Of a stretch of DNA of 64,000 bases, positions 48,730 through 58,372 are shown piece after piece. The DNA is taken from positions 79,240 through 143,239 of the forward strand of contig DAIDHL010000004.1 of NCBI GenBank assembly GCA_027459745.1, written 5' to 3'. The DNA is from Candidatus Levyibacteriota bacterium. Its GTDB lineage: Bacteria > Patescibacteriota > Microgenomatia > Levybacterales > UBA12049. The position numbers and the translations under genes are program-made. How positions within the stretch are numbered: the first letter of the stretch is position 1; each line of letters opens with the position of its first letter. The notes beneath the pieces were generated by a model that worked only from the letters and a program-made list of their open reading frames with translations, had not been told where the DNA came from and did no database searches.

Positions 48730-49680
48730 CTAAATTAAGGGGTCTATAACAACATAATTATTTTCAGGATCAGAAAGTCCGTTTCTTTTTATCATAACAT
48801 TGCCCCAATTTATATCATAATGATGAAATGAAGACGACCAGTAACGGTTTTTAGTTGGATCAATAATTTTTTTAACTGATAAGGCTATTTCAGGTATACC
48901 GTCAAAAGCAAAGTCCCAAATCCCATCGATAATTTGATCATCCTTTCCCAATTCACCTTTTGCTTTCAATAAGTCATAATCATTAATTATTTGTGCAATT
49001 GTATATCCTTCTATATATTCTTGAATTAATATTTCGCTAGATCCCAAGTATACTTCTGGAACAGGAACCCCATTTTCCCCCAATTGTCGCAGTGCAATAT
49101 AATTACCCAAACCTGTTACTCCACTAAGATTCCATTCTTTACCCGTAGTATCATCTTCATAGAGTTTTCTACCTACAGACGCTTCCCATCTTTTTTGTGA
49201 AAATGGAAAAGCAAAATTAAAATATTTTATACAAAGATCTGAATATGTACCTTTTGCAGTTTTAGGCAATGAGCCAACAGCGCCATATGCCCCACCTCTA
49301 AAATCAGCAAAACTAATCTGTCCTGAACAAACATTGTTTAAGAATAGATCCAGGACTCTTCTTGCTTTTTCTAATTCAGTCAGATTTACAACCACTCTAT
49401 CCAATACTACTTTATAGCCTTCGTCTCTAGAAATATCCCGCACAGCGTAACCATGCTGTGTATTAGTTATCATGCAATCAAGATGGCCCTTGGAAGAATA
49501 CTTTATGTCTACAAACTCTGGTTTTCCTGAATACAATCTAGTAACATCAACTGGGTCAATTCTATCAATAGGAGTATCAGAAATAAAAGTATTGTATGGC
49601 CTTGCTAAAGAACTTCTACTATGAAATGTTCTTCTTGCATCAGCAAATTCTATTGGAATTCCTCTACGCTCTATTTTCAT
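48730..49680 (-). CDS. Atypical protein-kinase-like protein (RIO/Kdo/APH-like)
   Basis: GAYGAV, CIK, GVPVPEVY, IQEYIEG, HYDINWGNVMI, VIDP. Confidence 0.65.
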   Translation of the reverse strand: MKIERRGIPIEFADARRTFHSRSSLARPYNTFISDTPIDRIDPVDVTRLYSGKPEFVDIKYSSKGHLDCMITNTQHGYAVRDISRDEGYKVVLDRVVVNLTELEKARRVLDLFLNNVCSGQISFADFRGGAYGAVGSLPKTAKGTYSDLCIKYFNFAFPFSQKRWEASVGRKLYEDDTTGKEWNLSGVTGLGNYIALRQLGENGVPVPEVYLGSSEILIQEYIEGYTIAQIINDYDLLKAKGELGKDDQIIDGIWDFAFDGIPEIALSVKKIIDPTKNRYWSSSFHHYDINWGNVMIKRNGLSDPENNYVVIDPLI

Positions 49681-49731
49681 ATTTACAACTTGTGAGGAAT
49701 TGTATCATATCCTAAAGTTTTAAAATAAATA

Positions 49732-50697
49732 TTATCCCACACTTAGGATTTGCACTTCAGGATCAGGGGTAAAATTAAATGTCTCACTAAATTTATCTTG
49801 AATTGCTTTAATTATTGCTTTGACATCTGCAGCTTTAGCATTCCCGACATTAGAAATATAATTATTATGTTTTTTTGAAACCTGGGCGCCTCCTATCATA
49901 TACCCGGAAAAACCAAGACGTCCAATAATATATGCCATAGAAATTTTTCCATACCATTTCCCTTTTACCAAAGCTTCAATATCCGGCCATACTTGCATAA
50001 CTTTTTGTACTTGATCAAGTTGATTAATGTTTTTAAATACAGATCCGCAAGATGGATATTCTAAAGGGTGATGTGACTGACGATAGTCAATGTTTTTCTG
50101 GTAAATCTCTTTCTGTCTCTGCATTTCTATTAAACCTGCATTTTGTAGATTAAAAGTTGCTGAAACAATTAATAAAGCAGGATTACGCTTAAAATAACTC
50201 TCTCTATATCCAAACTGGCACTGAGTTTGGTCCATCGTTTGTATCTTCAAGTTTGAGTCGGATAGGTCAATATATCTGACTAACCTAATATTGTCTTTGA
50301 TTTCTGATCCAAAACAACCTGCATTTCCTCGTACTGCTCCTCCTACAGTACTAGGCAATCCCCCAGCCCACGCCAAACCAGCTAAACCATTCTTAAAAGA
50401 AAACTCTATAAGATCAGACATTTTTACTCCGGCAAAGGCTGTAATACTTGTGCCCTCCTTAGTCAGAGATCCACTGTCACTTTTTATATGCAGAACTACT
50501 CCTTCGAGATTTTCATCCGGTAACAATAAATTACATCCTAAACCAAGGATATAAACAGGAGCAAGTTTGTTAGCGTTTATATATCCTAAAGCATCTTTAA
50601 TATCTTGTTCTGAAGATACGTCAATAACTATCTTAGCCTTGCCTCCTATACCATAATAAGAAATTTGCGACAAATTTACGTTTTGTTTTATTTCCAT
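49732..50697 (-). CDS. murB: UDP-N-acetylmuramate dehydrogenase
   Basis: GIGGKA, TVGGAVRGNAG, FGYRES, SCGSVFKN, GGAQVSKKH. Confidence 0.95.
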   Translation of the reverse strand: MEIKQNVNLSQISYYGIGGKAKIVIDVSSEQDIKDALGYINANKLAPVYILGLGCNLLLPDENLEGVVLHIKSDSGSLTKEGTSITAFAGVKMSDLIEFSFKNGLAGLAWAGGLPSTVGGAVRGNAGCFGSEIKDNIRLVRYIDLSDSNLKIQTMDQTQCQFGYRESYFKRNPALLIVSATFNLQNAGLIEMQRQKEIYQKNIDYRQSHHPLEYPSCGSVFKNINQLDQVQKVMQVWPDIEALVKGKWYGKISMAYIIGRLGFSGYMIGGAQVSKKHNNYISNVGNAKAADVKAIIKAIQDKFSETFNFTPDPEVQILSVG

Positions 50698-50776
50698 AAT
50701 TTTCTAATAATCTACTTGAGACAAATAACTTTTAACTGCAGTATAGCAAATATAAAAATAATTAAGAAGTTTGCGG

Positions 50777-51253
50777 TTATTGAACTGAAACAATAGTATA
50801 TGTTACTTTTCCTGCAGGAGCTTCGACCTCCACTATTTGGCCCGTGCCTTTACCCAAAAGAGCTTTTCCTAATGGTGACTCATGCGAAATTTTCTTAGCA
50901 ATCGGATCAGCCTCCCACTCACCTACAACTGTATAAGTTTCAGTTTTACCATCTATCTTAAGATTAACTTTAGACCCAATAGCAATACTTTTATTTTTAC
51001 CGTTAGCTGAACTCTCTTCCTTAACAACTACCGCTTTTTTAATCAATTCTTCAATTTCTTCAATCCTTCCATCAATAAAACTCAACTCTTCACGCGCAGC
51101 AGAATACTCAGCATTCTCTGATAAATCACCCATATCACGAGCATCTGATACACGTTCAACTATTTCAGGACGCTTTACTTTAACTAATTCCTCATGCTCC
51201 TTCTTGAGTTCATCTAATCCTTCTTGAGTTAATAATACCTTTTTATCATCCAT
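50777..51253 (-). CDS. greA: Transcription elongation factor GreA
   Basis: GDLSENAEY, ISHESPLGKALLG. Confidence 0.97.
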   Translation of the reverse strand: MDDKKVLLTQEGLDELKKEHEELVKVKRPEIVERVSDARDMGDLSENAEYSAAREELSFIDGRIEEIEELIKKAVVVKEESSANGKNKSIAIGSKVNLKIDGKTETYTVVGEWEADPIAKKISHESPLGKALLGKGTGQIVEVEAPAGKVTYTIVSVQ

Positions 51254-51260
51254 ATTTATT

Positions 51261-51295
51261 AAAAAAACTCTCCTTTAAATTTAAATCTTGGAGAG
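51261..51295 (-). terminator. Terminator-like hairpin inside the greA 5' leader
   Basis: Minus strand CTCTCC-16 nt-GGAGAG-TTTTTTT between promoter and ATG. Confidence 0.6.
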
Positions 51296-51311
51296 ATCTA
51301 TAATCTCTGCG

Positions 51312-51340
51312 AGTATAAATAATAGTATTTTTATTGTCAA
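51312..51340 (-). promoter_or_regulatory. greA promoter
   Basis: TTGACA-17 bp-TATACT. Confidence 0.8.
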
Positions 51341-51359
51341 TGTCCCATAATTATATTTT

Positions 51360-52235
51360 TTATGTATTTTTTTCACGAATATAAAATTCCTGCATGACTT
51401 TAAGCCTATAATCTGCGGGGTGAAAAGCAGCGACGTGATTATCCACCATTTCTGAGGTCCTGTGTCTATTAATTATCCAAAACTGTAGCCATCGACTAGG
51501 ATATTCCAAAATATAGAAACCCGCCTTCACAATATTCTGAAACAGTGATTTTTTAACCTCAAAATTATAAATACTTTGAGGATTGTAATTACCTACAAAT
51601 TTGCTAATCCACTGATTAGCATAAAGTAAACGTTGATAGGATCTGTTCCTATCAAATATAGGCTTCATTTGCATTAATTCATATGCAGTGTAAATATCCT
51701 GATGGTCTCCTTTAAAACCAAGGGCAGTTTCTTCGAGAAAAAAATTTAAACAGATACTATTAGGAGCTTGTGTTGAATTCCGCCTACGTCTTCGACCCAA
51801 CAATTGTAATAAACATAAAGCAAATAACCTGGTAATCCACAGCCTACCCTTAGCAGTAATTATGAATAAATCAATATCTGCTTCTAAATCAGCATTCTCT
51901 CTTGCCAAGCTACCACTCAATCCTATGAAACTAATCGTGGGAATTTTTGTTAAAAACTTAATTGTTCTTTCTGCAGACCTTATTTTTCTCTTACTAATCT
52001 CTCTTCTATTCTTCCTTAAAGCAATAATCTCACTCCGCATTGTTAAACAATAAAATGGACTATGGTATTCAATATACTTGTGGCTAAGTCTTGTTAAAAC
52101 CTTTTTAAATTCTGCTATTTTCACCGGATGAGAAATTATTAAATAGGTATAAATCTCTTTTTCAGTAAGCGGATAATCGAAGATATCACTATATTTTAAT
52201 GTTTGGATAATCGCCTGCTGTATAATAGAGCTCAT
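51360..52235 (-). CDS. Nucleotidyltransferase-domain protein
   Basis: GLSGSLA...ADIDLFII polbeta-type NTase motif; TLKYSDIFDYPLT N-terminus. Confidence 0.75.
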   Translation of the reverse strand: MSSIIQQAIIQTLKYSDIFDYPLTEKEIYTYLIISHPVKIAEFKKVLTRLSHKYIEYHSPFYCLTMRSEIIALRKNRREISKRKIRSAERTIKFLTKIPTISFIGLSGSLARENADLEADIDLFIITAKGRLWITRLFALCLLQLLGRRRRRNSTQAPNSICLNFFLEETALGFKGDHQDIYTAYELMQMKPIFDRNRSYQRLLYANQWISKFVGNYNPQSIYNFEVKKSLFQNIVKAGFYILEYPSRWLQFWIINRHRTSEMVDNHVAAFHPADYRLKVMQEFYIREKNT

Positions 52236-52280
52236 AATTTAAGCACTATTATGTCATAAGTCTGCAATTTATCAACAAAT

Positions 52281-53768
52281 TTATTGTCCATATTGCTGAA
52301 GAACTTGTGTTACCCCGTTTGATAATACATTAACTGCATCTGAAAGAGATCCATTGGCTGCTAGACCATTCACAGCTTGCTTGAGATAGCTATTACTTTT
52401 GTCATTAAGACCATTATCAAAGGTATTATCATTAAATATAGTAGACACAGCAGTAGGACCTTGTACTTCAAACGGATAAATTAAAGAATTGGATTTGAGT
52501 GTAGCTGCTAAATCTGAACGGGCGTAAGGTTCTCCGTATCCTCTAACTTTGGCAGCGCTGGCATAAAATTCTTGTTGAGTGGTTTTTTGATTGAGAAAAT
52601 TCATAAACTCCATGGCTTCTTGCATATGTTGACTGTGAATGGACACTCCTTCTACCCAATAACTAGCTATTGTTCTCTTAACACCTAGGTCTGAAGGCAT
52701 CGGGTAAATTTGAAAATGCAAATTAGGATTTAACCTTTGAATATTAGCTATGTCCCATGAATATCCTATATACATTGCTAAGTTACCAGCTGAAAACATT
52801 TGTAAAGAATTGGGTAAAGTACTGCTCCAGGTTGCGTTACTACTGTTAGTAAACTGCATAAAAAAATTCAAGGCTGATTGTGCCCCTGCCTGGTTAGCAG
52901 AAATATTCGTATAATCAACATTACTTTCCGACAATAATAATCCTAAAATATCAGTCCCATTATTGATATTTTGTAAAGAACCCAATGCAATACCTGATGT
53001 GGTAATACTTCCATCTGAGCCCTTAACAGTCAATTGTGGTGCATCTACCTGTACATCATTCCAGTCCGAAGGAATCTTAACTCCTGCTTTTTGAAAAATT
53101 TCAGGATTTATATACAAGGATAAAGTGTCAAAATCCAGCGGGATTCCATAAATCGCTCCCTGATGTACGAGGTCTTGACTAACAACTGGGAAGTAAGCAC
53201 TAGTAAAATCCTTAGTTGAGACCACAGATTGAGACATCGGAGCTAAAACTCCAGCTAATTCGGGGTACCAATTGTTGTGGTAGCGAAAAATATCAGGTCC
53301 ACCCCCAGAATTGATACGAGCTACCAAACGTTTGGGATATTCTTGATTCTCATTATATAGACTCTTTATATCTTGTAATTGATAATCAATCGTTATATTG
53401 GGATGTTGTTGTTCAAACGAATCTATAATAGGCTGCATTATACTTTTATCATCCCATAAACCCCAATAAACCAATGTCACATGTCCCTGATTTTGTTTAT
53501 TTATGTTTGGTAAGACGACAAATAGGATAATGCCCAGAACAATAACTAACAAAAGCACTCCTAGACCTAGCTTAAGTAACAGTCCCAAAGAGGATCGCGG
53601 TCTCGGAGGTGGAGGAGGAACTGGGGGGGGAGGAGTTAACCAACTTTGGTCCTGACGGAAACCACTAACCGGTTGAACTGGAGCAGGTTGAGTCGAAGTA
53701 ACAGGAGCTGCTACAGAATTATTGGCCATGGGAACTTTTTTAGGATCGAATAAAACGTTTTCTGGCAT
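52281..53768 (-). CDS. Membrane-anchored extracellular solute-binding protein (sugar ABC type)
   Basis: Pro-rich N-terminus, TM helix, LVYWG, GPDIF, YGIPL, LYIN, FSAGNLAM. Confidence 0.88.
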   Translation of the reverse strand: MPENVLFDPKKVPMANNSVAAPVTSTQPAPVQPVSGFRQDQSWLTPPPPVPPPPPRPRSSLGLLLKLGLGVLLLVIVLGIILFVVLPNINKQNQGHVTLVYWGLWDDKSIMQPIIDSFEQQHPNITIDYQLQDIKSLYNENQEYPKRLVARINSGGGPDIFRYHNNWYPELAGVLAPMSQSVVSTKDFTSAYFPVVSQDLVHQGAIYGIPLDFDTLSLYINPEIFQKAGVKIPSDWNDVQVDAPQLTVKGSDGSITTSGIALGSLQNINNGTDILGLLLSESNVDYTNISANQAGAQSALNFFMQFTNSSNATWSSTLPNSLQMFSAGNLAMYIGYSWDIANIQRLNPNLHFQIYPMPSDLGVKRTIASYWVEGVSIHSQHMQEAMEFMNFLNQKTTQQEFYASAAKVRGYGEPYARSDLAATLKSNSLIYPFEVQGPTAVSTIFNDNTFDNGLNDKSNSYLKQAVNGLAANGSLSDAVNVLSNGVTQVLQQYGQ

Positions 53769-53820
53769 ATTGCTCTTTCTCTATAGTATAATATTCTTTA
53801 ACCCTCTAGCAAACTGTCAT

Positions 53821-55242
53821 ATGGAATTAAAGCCGATTCATTTACACCATCATGTAGTCCATTTCTCACGTATGATCTTCTGGTTCTTAATTGGAGGAGT
53901 TTTAGGTTTGACATTTTTTGTAAGCTTTCTACTAATTTTTTATCAGCATGTATATTATCAGAAAGTTTATCCGGGCGTAATGATAAATGGTATTAATTTT
54001 GAAGGACAAACTGAAAATCAAGTTAGAGATTATTTTTTAGAACAAAATGCTAAAATTATTAATAATAAACTGGCTTTTATCTATAAGGATCAGATAGCGA
54101 CTTCCTCGGCTTCTCAGTTACAATTAGGATATAATGCAAATTTACTAGCTCAACAAGCAATAAGTATTGGCCGTTCAGGAGATATTTTCAGTAATGCAAG
54201 TTTGTTATGGCAAGCATACACTAGCAACGTTTCATTGCCTCCTACTTATCAATATGATCAATTATCTTTAACTAATCTCTTGAATCCCTTAGAAAAAAGT
54301 ATAAATGAAAAACCAATCAATGCATCTTTTACTATTAGTAATTCTCACGTGACGGCTTTTCAATTGGCACAAGATGGACAGCAGGTGGATGATGCTCAAG
54401 TTTATCAGAATCTTTTATTAATAATTCCACAGATGCTGCGTCATCCGGAAGATAAATATGTAAAATTCACTTTACCAGTAATCATTCTCAAGCCTCAAGT
54501 TACTGATCAGAGTATGCAAAGTTACGGTATCACACAGCTTATAGCTACAGGAACTTCAGTATTTGCCGGATCAATTCCCAGTCGTGTATATAACATAGGA
54601 CTCGCTGCAAGTCGATTAGATGGAACATTAGTTCCCCCGGGTCAAATTTTCTCTTTCAATAACGCAGTGGGTAATATTTCTTCTCTCACTGGATATAAAC
54701 AGGCTTACGTAATTTCCAATGGACATACGGTACTCGGTGATGGAGGAGGTGTGTGCCAGGTATCAACTACCATGTTTAGAGCAATTCTTAATGCAGGTTT
54801 ACCCGTTATTGAAAGACATGCTCACGATTACGAAGTAGAATATTATACAGAAGATGCTCCCTTAGGTTTAGACGCAGCTATCTACCAACCTACAGATGAC
54901 CTAAAATTTAAAAATGACACAGGTCACTATATACTTATCCATTCTATCTTTCAACCCGACCAAAACAGATTGACTTTTGAATTCTATGGAACTAGTGACG
55001 GCCGACAAGTCAGTATAACTCAACCTGTTATTACTGATGTCAGGCCAGCTCCAGCTCCACTTTATCAGGATGATCCCAATTTACCAGCTGGGACTCTACA
55101 ACAAACAGATTTCGCAGCACCAGGTGCTCATGTTTCGTTTACTCGTACAGTTATACGTAACGGAAAAACCCTATACTTTGATACTTTTAATTCTAACTAT
55201 CAACCTTGGCAGGCAGTATACTTAAGAGGAACAAAAACATAA
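53821..55242 (+). CDS. VanW-family protein with peptidoglycan-binding region
   Basis: FSFNNAVG, GGGVCQVSTT, IERHAH, DLKFKND; start revised to ATG 53821 to avoid overlap. Confidence 0.9.
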   Translation: MELKPIHLHHHVVHFSRMIFWFLIGGVLGLTFFVSFLLIFYQHVYYQKVYPGVMINGINFEGQTENQVRDYFLEQNAKIINNKLAFIYKDQIATSSASQLQLGYNANLLAQQAISIGRSGDIFSNASLLWQAYTSNVSLPPTYQYDQLSLTNLLNPLEKSINEKPINASFTISNSHVTAFQLAQDGQQVDDAQVYQNLLLIIPQMLRHPEDKYVKFTLPVIILKPQVTDQSMQSYGITQLIATGTSVFAGSIPSRVYNIGLAASRLDGTLVPPGQIFSFNNAVGNISSLTGYKQAYVISNGHTVLGDGGGVCQVSTTMFRAILNAGLPVIERHAHDYEVEYYTEDAPLGLDAAIYQPTDDLKFKNDTGHYILIHSIFQPDQNRLTFEFYGTSDGRQVSITQPVITDVRPAPAPLYQDDPNLPAGTLQQTDFAAPGAHVSFTRTVIRNGKTLYFDTFNSNYQPWQAVYLRGTKT

Positions 55243-55246
55243 AGCT

Positions 55247-55729
55247 ATGATTCTAACATTTACTCAACTTAAACAATCTGCACCGATTCTTAAGACTGAC
55301 ATTCAAAGTTTAGTCTTAGTTGGAGGCTGTTTTGATATTTTGCATAGTGGACATATTGAATTTTTAAAAAAAGCCCGCATTCAGGGCGATATCTTAGTTA
55401 TTCTGCTTGAGAGTGATAATTCAATCAAAAAAAAGAAGGGACCTGACAGACCAATCAACTCGCAACTGGATCGAGCAGATTTTTTACAAGAATTGAGAAG
55501 TGTTAATCACGTGGTACTAATGCCCGAATCTACGACTGATGCTGATTACTATGAGGTGACCAAATTGCTAAAACCTGCTATAATTGCAACTACTAAAGGA
55601 GATCCTGCGAGGAAAGAAAAAGAATTATGCGCACAAGCGGTCAATGGGCAGGTTGTTGATGTAATTGACTACATTGCTGCCAAGTCTTCCTCGCATATTG
55701 CTGATCTTCTTAAAAAAGAAGACTTATGA
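55247..55729 (+). CDS. Cytidylyltransferase-like protein (RfaE domain II/FAD synthase-like)
   Basis: GGCFDILHSGH, KGPDRPIN. Confidence 0.88.
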   Translation: MILTFTQLKQSAPILKTDIQSLVLVGGCFDILHSGHIEFLKKARIQGDILVILLESDNSIKKKKGPDRPINSQLDRADFLQELRSVNHVVLMPESTTDADYYEVTKLLKPAIIATTKGDPARKEKELCAQAVNGQVVDVIDYIAAKSSSHIADLLKKEDL

Positions 55730-56199
55730 AAACAATCATCGGTTTATTTGCCATATTATTTATTGTTATAATAGTTACAGTGACAGCTCTACATAACAAT
55801 GATTACAATCCGTTTGTTACTAAATCCCCGTCAGTGCAAATAAATGGAAACACCTTCATTGTCGAAGAAGCCAAGACAAACGCAGCCTGGCAACAAGGTC
55901 TATCAGGAAGAAAAAGTATGCCGGCTAATCAAGCCATGCTATTTATCTTTCCCAAAGCAGATTACCAGCAATTTTGGATGAAACAAATGTTATTCCCGCT
56001 AGATATGATTTTTATAAATAACGATAAAGTAGTTACTATCTATCAAAATGTCCCAATTCCTGCAGCTAATGCCAATTTAAGCTCATTACCAATTTATGCA
56101 TCGAGCAGTCCTGCAGACTATGTACTAGAATTAAATGCCGGGACGGTCAAAAAAGATAATATTAAAGTTGGTGATACTGTAACATATTCTAATTTATGA
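55726..56199 (+). CDS. DUF192-family protein
   Basis: GLSGR, MLFIF, FWMK..FPLDMIF, VLELNAG. Confidence 0.9.
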   Translation: MKTIIGLFAILFIVIIVTVTALHNNDYNPFVTKSPSVQINGNTFIVEEAKTNAAWQQGLSGRKSMPANQAMLFIFPKADYQQFWMKQMLFPLDMIFINNDKVVTIYQNVPIPAANANLSSLPIYASSSPADYVLELNAGTVKKDNIKVGDTVTYSNL

Positions 56200-57257
56200 T
56201 CCTGCTGGGTATAGAAACATCCTGTGATGAAACAAGCGTAGGTGTAGTTGAAAAAACAGGGGAGCAACTCAAAATTTTAAGTAACATAGTTGCAACTTCT
56301 ATCGCTATCCATAGCAAAAACGGTGGCATAATTCCAGAACTAGCTGCTCGCGAACAGGTTAAATTTATAATACCTGTCTTGCAACAAGCCTTACAAGAAG
56401 CTTGTAGATTTGACATAACCAATTCTGCATCGCAAACACCACCTATTGATGCGATTGCTGTAACTTATGGCCCTGGGTTAATAGGTTCATTGCTGGTCGG
56501 AGTTGAAACAGCCAAAACCTTAAGCTATCTTTGGCATAAACCTTTAGTTCCCGTTAATCATATGTATGGACATATCTATGCTAATTGGTTGCCAGAGTTT
56601 AGTGAACAGATTAAACAACCTACTAATTTCCCTGTATTAATATTAGTGGTTTCAGGTGGCCATAGTGATCTGTTATTGATGAAAAAACATGGAGATTTTG
56701 CAGTGATAGGTGGAACCCGCGACGATGCAGCTGGTGAGGCGTTTGATAAAATTGCTAGACTATTAGGTTTATCGTATCCTGGAGGTCCAGCTATCGCACA
56801 AGCCGCTTTAAATGGTAACAAAAAATTTATCCACTTCCCCCGACCTTTACTAAGCGATGATAGTTTTGATTTTTCTTTTTCTGGATTAAAAACAGCTGTA
56901 TATCGCGAAATAGAGAAAATTAAACACCAAGAGAATGAATTATTCCCTCAACTTATCAGCGATTTATCAGCTTCCGCACAAGCAGCTATTATTGATGTCT
57001 TAGTAAAGAAAACGCTTAGAGCTGCAGAGAGATATCAAGTTAAGTCTATTTTGTTGTCAGGTGGAGTGGCAGCCAATGATTCACTCAGAAAAACTTTTTC
57101 CGAAATTATAGATAAACAAAACTTAACGCTAGAGATTTTTGCCCCGCAAAAATCTCTGTGTACTGACAATGGAGCTATGATTGCTGCAGCCGCAGCATTC
57201 AATTATAATCCCCAATCTTGGCAGGAAGTAACTGTAGACCCACAGTTATATTATTAA
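56196..57257 (+). CDS. tsaD: tRNA N6-adenosine threonylcarbamoyltransferase
   Basis: GIETSCDET, GPGL, HMYGH, VSGGH, DDAAGEAFDK, CTDNGAMI. Confidence 0.97.
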   Translation: MILLGIETSCDETSVGVVEKTGEQLKILSNIVATSIAIHSKNGGIIPELAAREQVKFIIPVLQQALQEACRFDITNSASQTPPIDAIAVTYGPGLIGSLLVGVETAKTLSYLWHKPLVPVNHMYGHIYANWLPEFSEQIKQPTNFPVLILVVSGGHSDLLLMKKHGDFAVIGGTRDDAAGEAFDKIARLLGLSYPGGPAIAQAALNGNKKFIHFPRPLLSDDSFDFSFSGLKTAVYREIEKIKHQENELFPQLISDLSASAQAAIIDVLVKKTLRAAERYQVKSILLSGGVAANDSLRKTFSEIIDKQNLTLEIFAPQKSLCTDNGAMIAAAAAFNYNPQSWQEVTVDPQLYY

Positions 57258-57307
57258 TTCTCCTCTATTCCCATCTCCAGTTGCCAAGTCATGATAAAAT
57301 ATAGTCC

Positions 57308-58321
57308 ATGTCCATTGAGTCTGTCTTTATAGTTATTTTACTGATTGTTCTTGCTTGGGTTTTCTATTATTTTAATCATAAACTCTCCTCTTTACAGCAA
57401 TCTAAATCAGACCCGACACTTTTTGAATGGTTAAAGGCTATGCAGTCTTCTCTTGACAATACCAATAAGACGCTTAATGACGCACTTAATAATAACTCAA
57501 ATCATATGGTTCGCACTCTACAAGAGAATAGCCGTCAACTAAATGAGCGATTAGATAAGGCCGCAGCTGTTATCAAAGAAGTAGGAGTCGAGGTAGGGCA
57601 AATGAGTGAGATCGGACGAAGTATGAAAGAATTACAGTCTTTCCTGAAGAGTCCTAAACTACGGGGAAATATCGGTGAAGAAATTTTAACTGATTTAATA
57701 CAACAAATGTTTCCTAAACAATCTTTTAATTTGCAATATACATTTCGCAGTGGAGAAAAAGTTGATGCAGCTATTAAAACAGATGCCGGTATTTTGCCCA
57801 TAGATGCTAAATTTCCACTAGAGAACTTTAACAAGATGATTAAAGCTGATGACGAAATAAACAAACAAATTTTTCAAAAAGAATTTATCCGTGATGTCAA
57901 AAAGCACATAGAAACAATTGCCAAAAAATATATTTTACCTGATGAAGGAACGATGGACTTTGCTCTGATGTATGTTCCGAGTGAAAGTATTTATTATGAA
58001 ATTGTAAATACAACAGAAATTATGTCCCATGCTAAAAGACAGAGAGTATATATTGTATCCCCTTCAACTCTGTATGCCCACTTGCAAACCATATTATTGT
58101 CATTTGAAGGTAAAAAAGTAGAGGCAAGATCCAAAGAAGTCTTTAAACTCCTACGTGGACTACAAGTGGATTATGAGAAATTGCAAGATAATTTAACTGT
58201 TTTGGGTAAACACCTTAATAATGCCTCCACTCAATATGGACAAGTTAGCATAAGTTACACTCAGCTTGGTAAAAAACTACAAACCAGTCAATTACTTGAA
58301 ACAGAAAATGAAGTCATATAA
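57308..58321 (+). CDS. rmuC: DNA recombination protein RmuC
   Basis: N-terminal TM, coiled coil, PKLRGNIGE, IDAKFP, YVPSES, SPSTL. Confidence 0.93.
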   Translation: MSIESVFIVILLIVLAWVFYYFNHKLSSLQQSKSDPTLFEWLKAMQSSLDNTNKTLNDALNNNSNHMVRTLQENSRQLNERLDKAAAVIKEVGVEVGQMSEIGRSMKELQSFLKSPKLRGNIGEEILTDLIQQMFPKQSFNLQYTFRSGEKVDAAIKTDAGILPIDAKFPLENFNKMIKADDEINKQIFQKEFIRDVKKHIETIAKKYILPDEGTMDFALMYVPSESIYYEIVNTTEIMSHAKRQRVYIVSPSTLYAHLQTILLSFEGKKVEARSKEVFKLLRGLQVDYEKLQDNLTVLGKHLNNASTQYGQVSISYTQLGKKLQTSQLLETENEVI

Positions 58322-58372
58322 GGATAACTCTTTTTCTTGCTCTGTCTCAGTGCTTCTGTTATTATATTTTTC

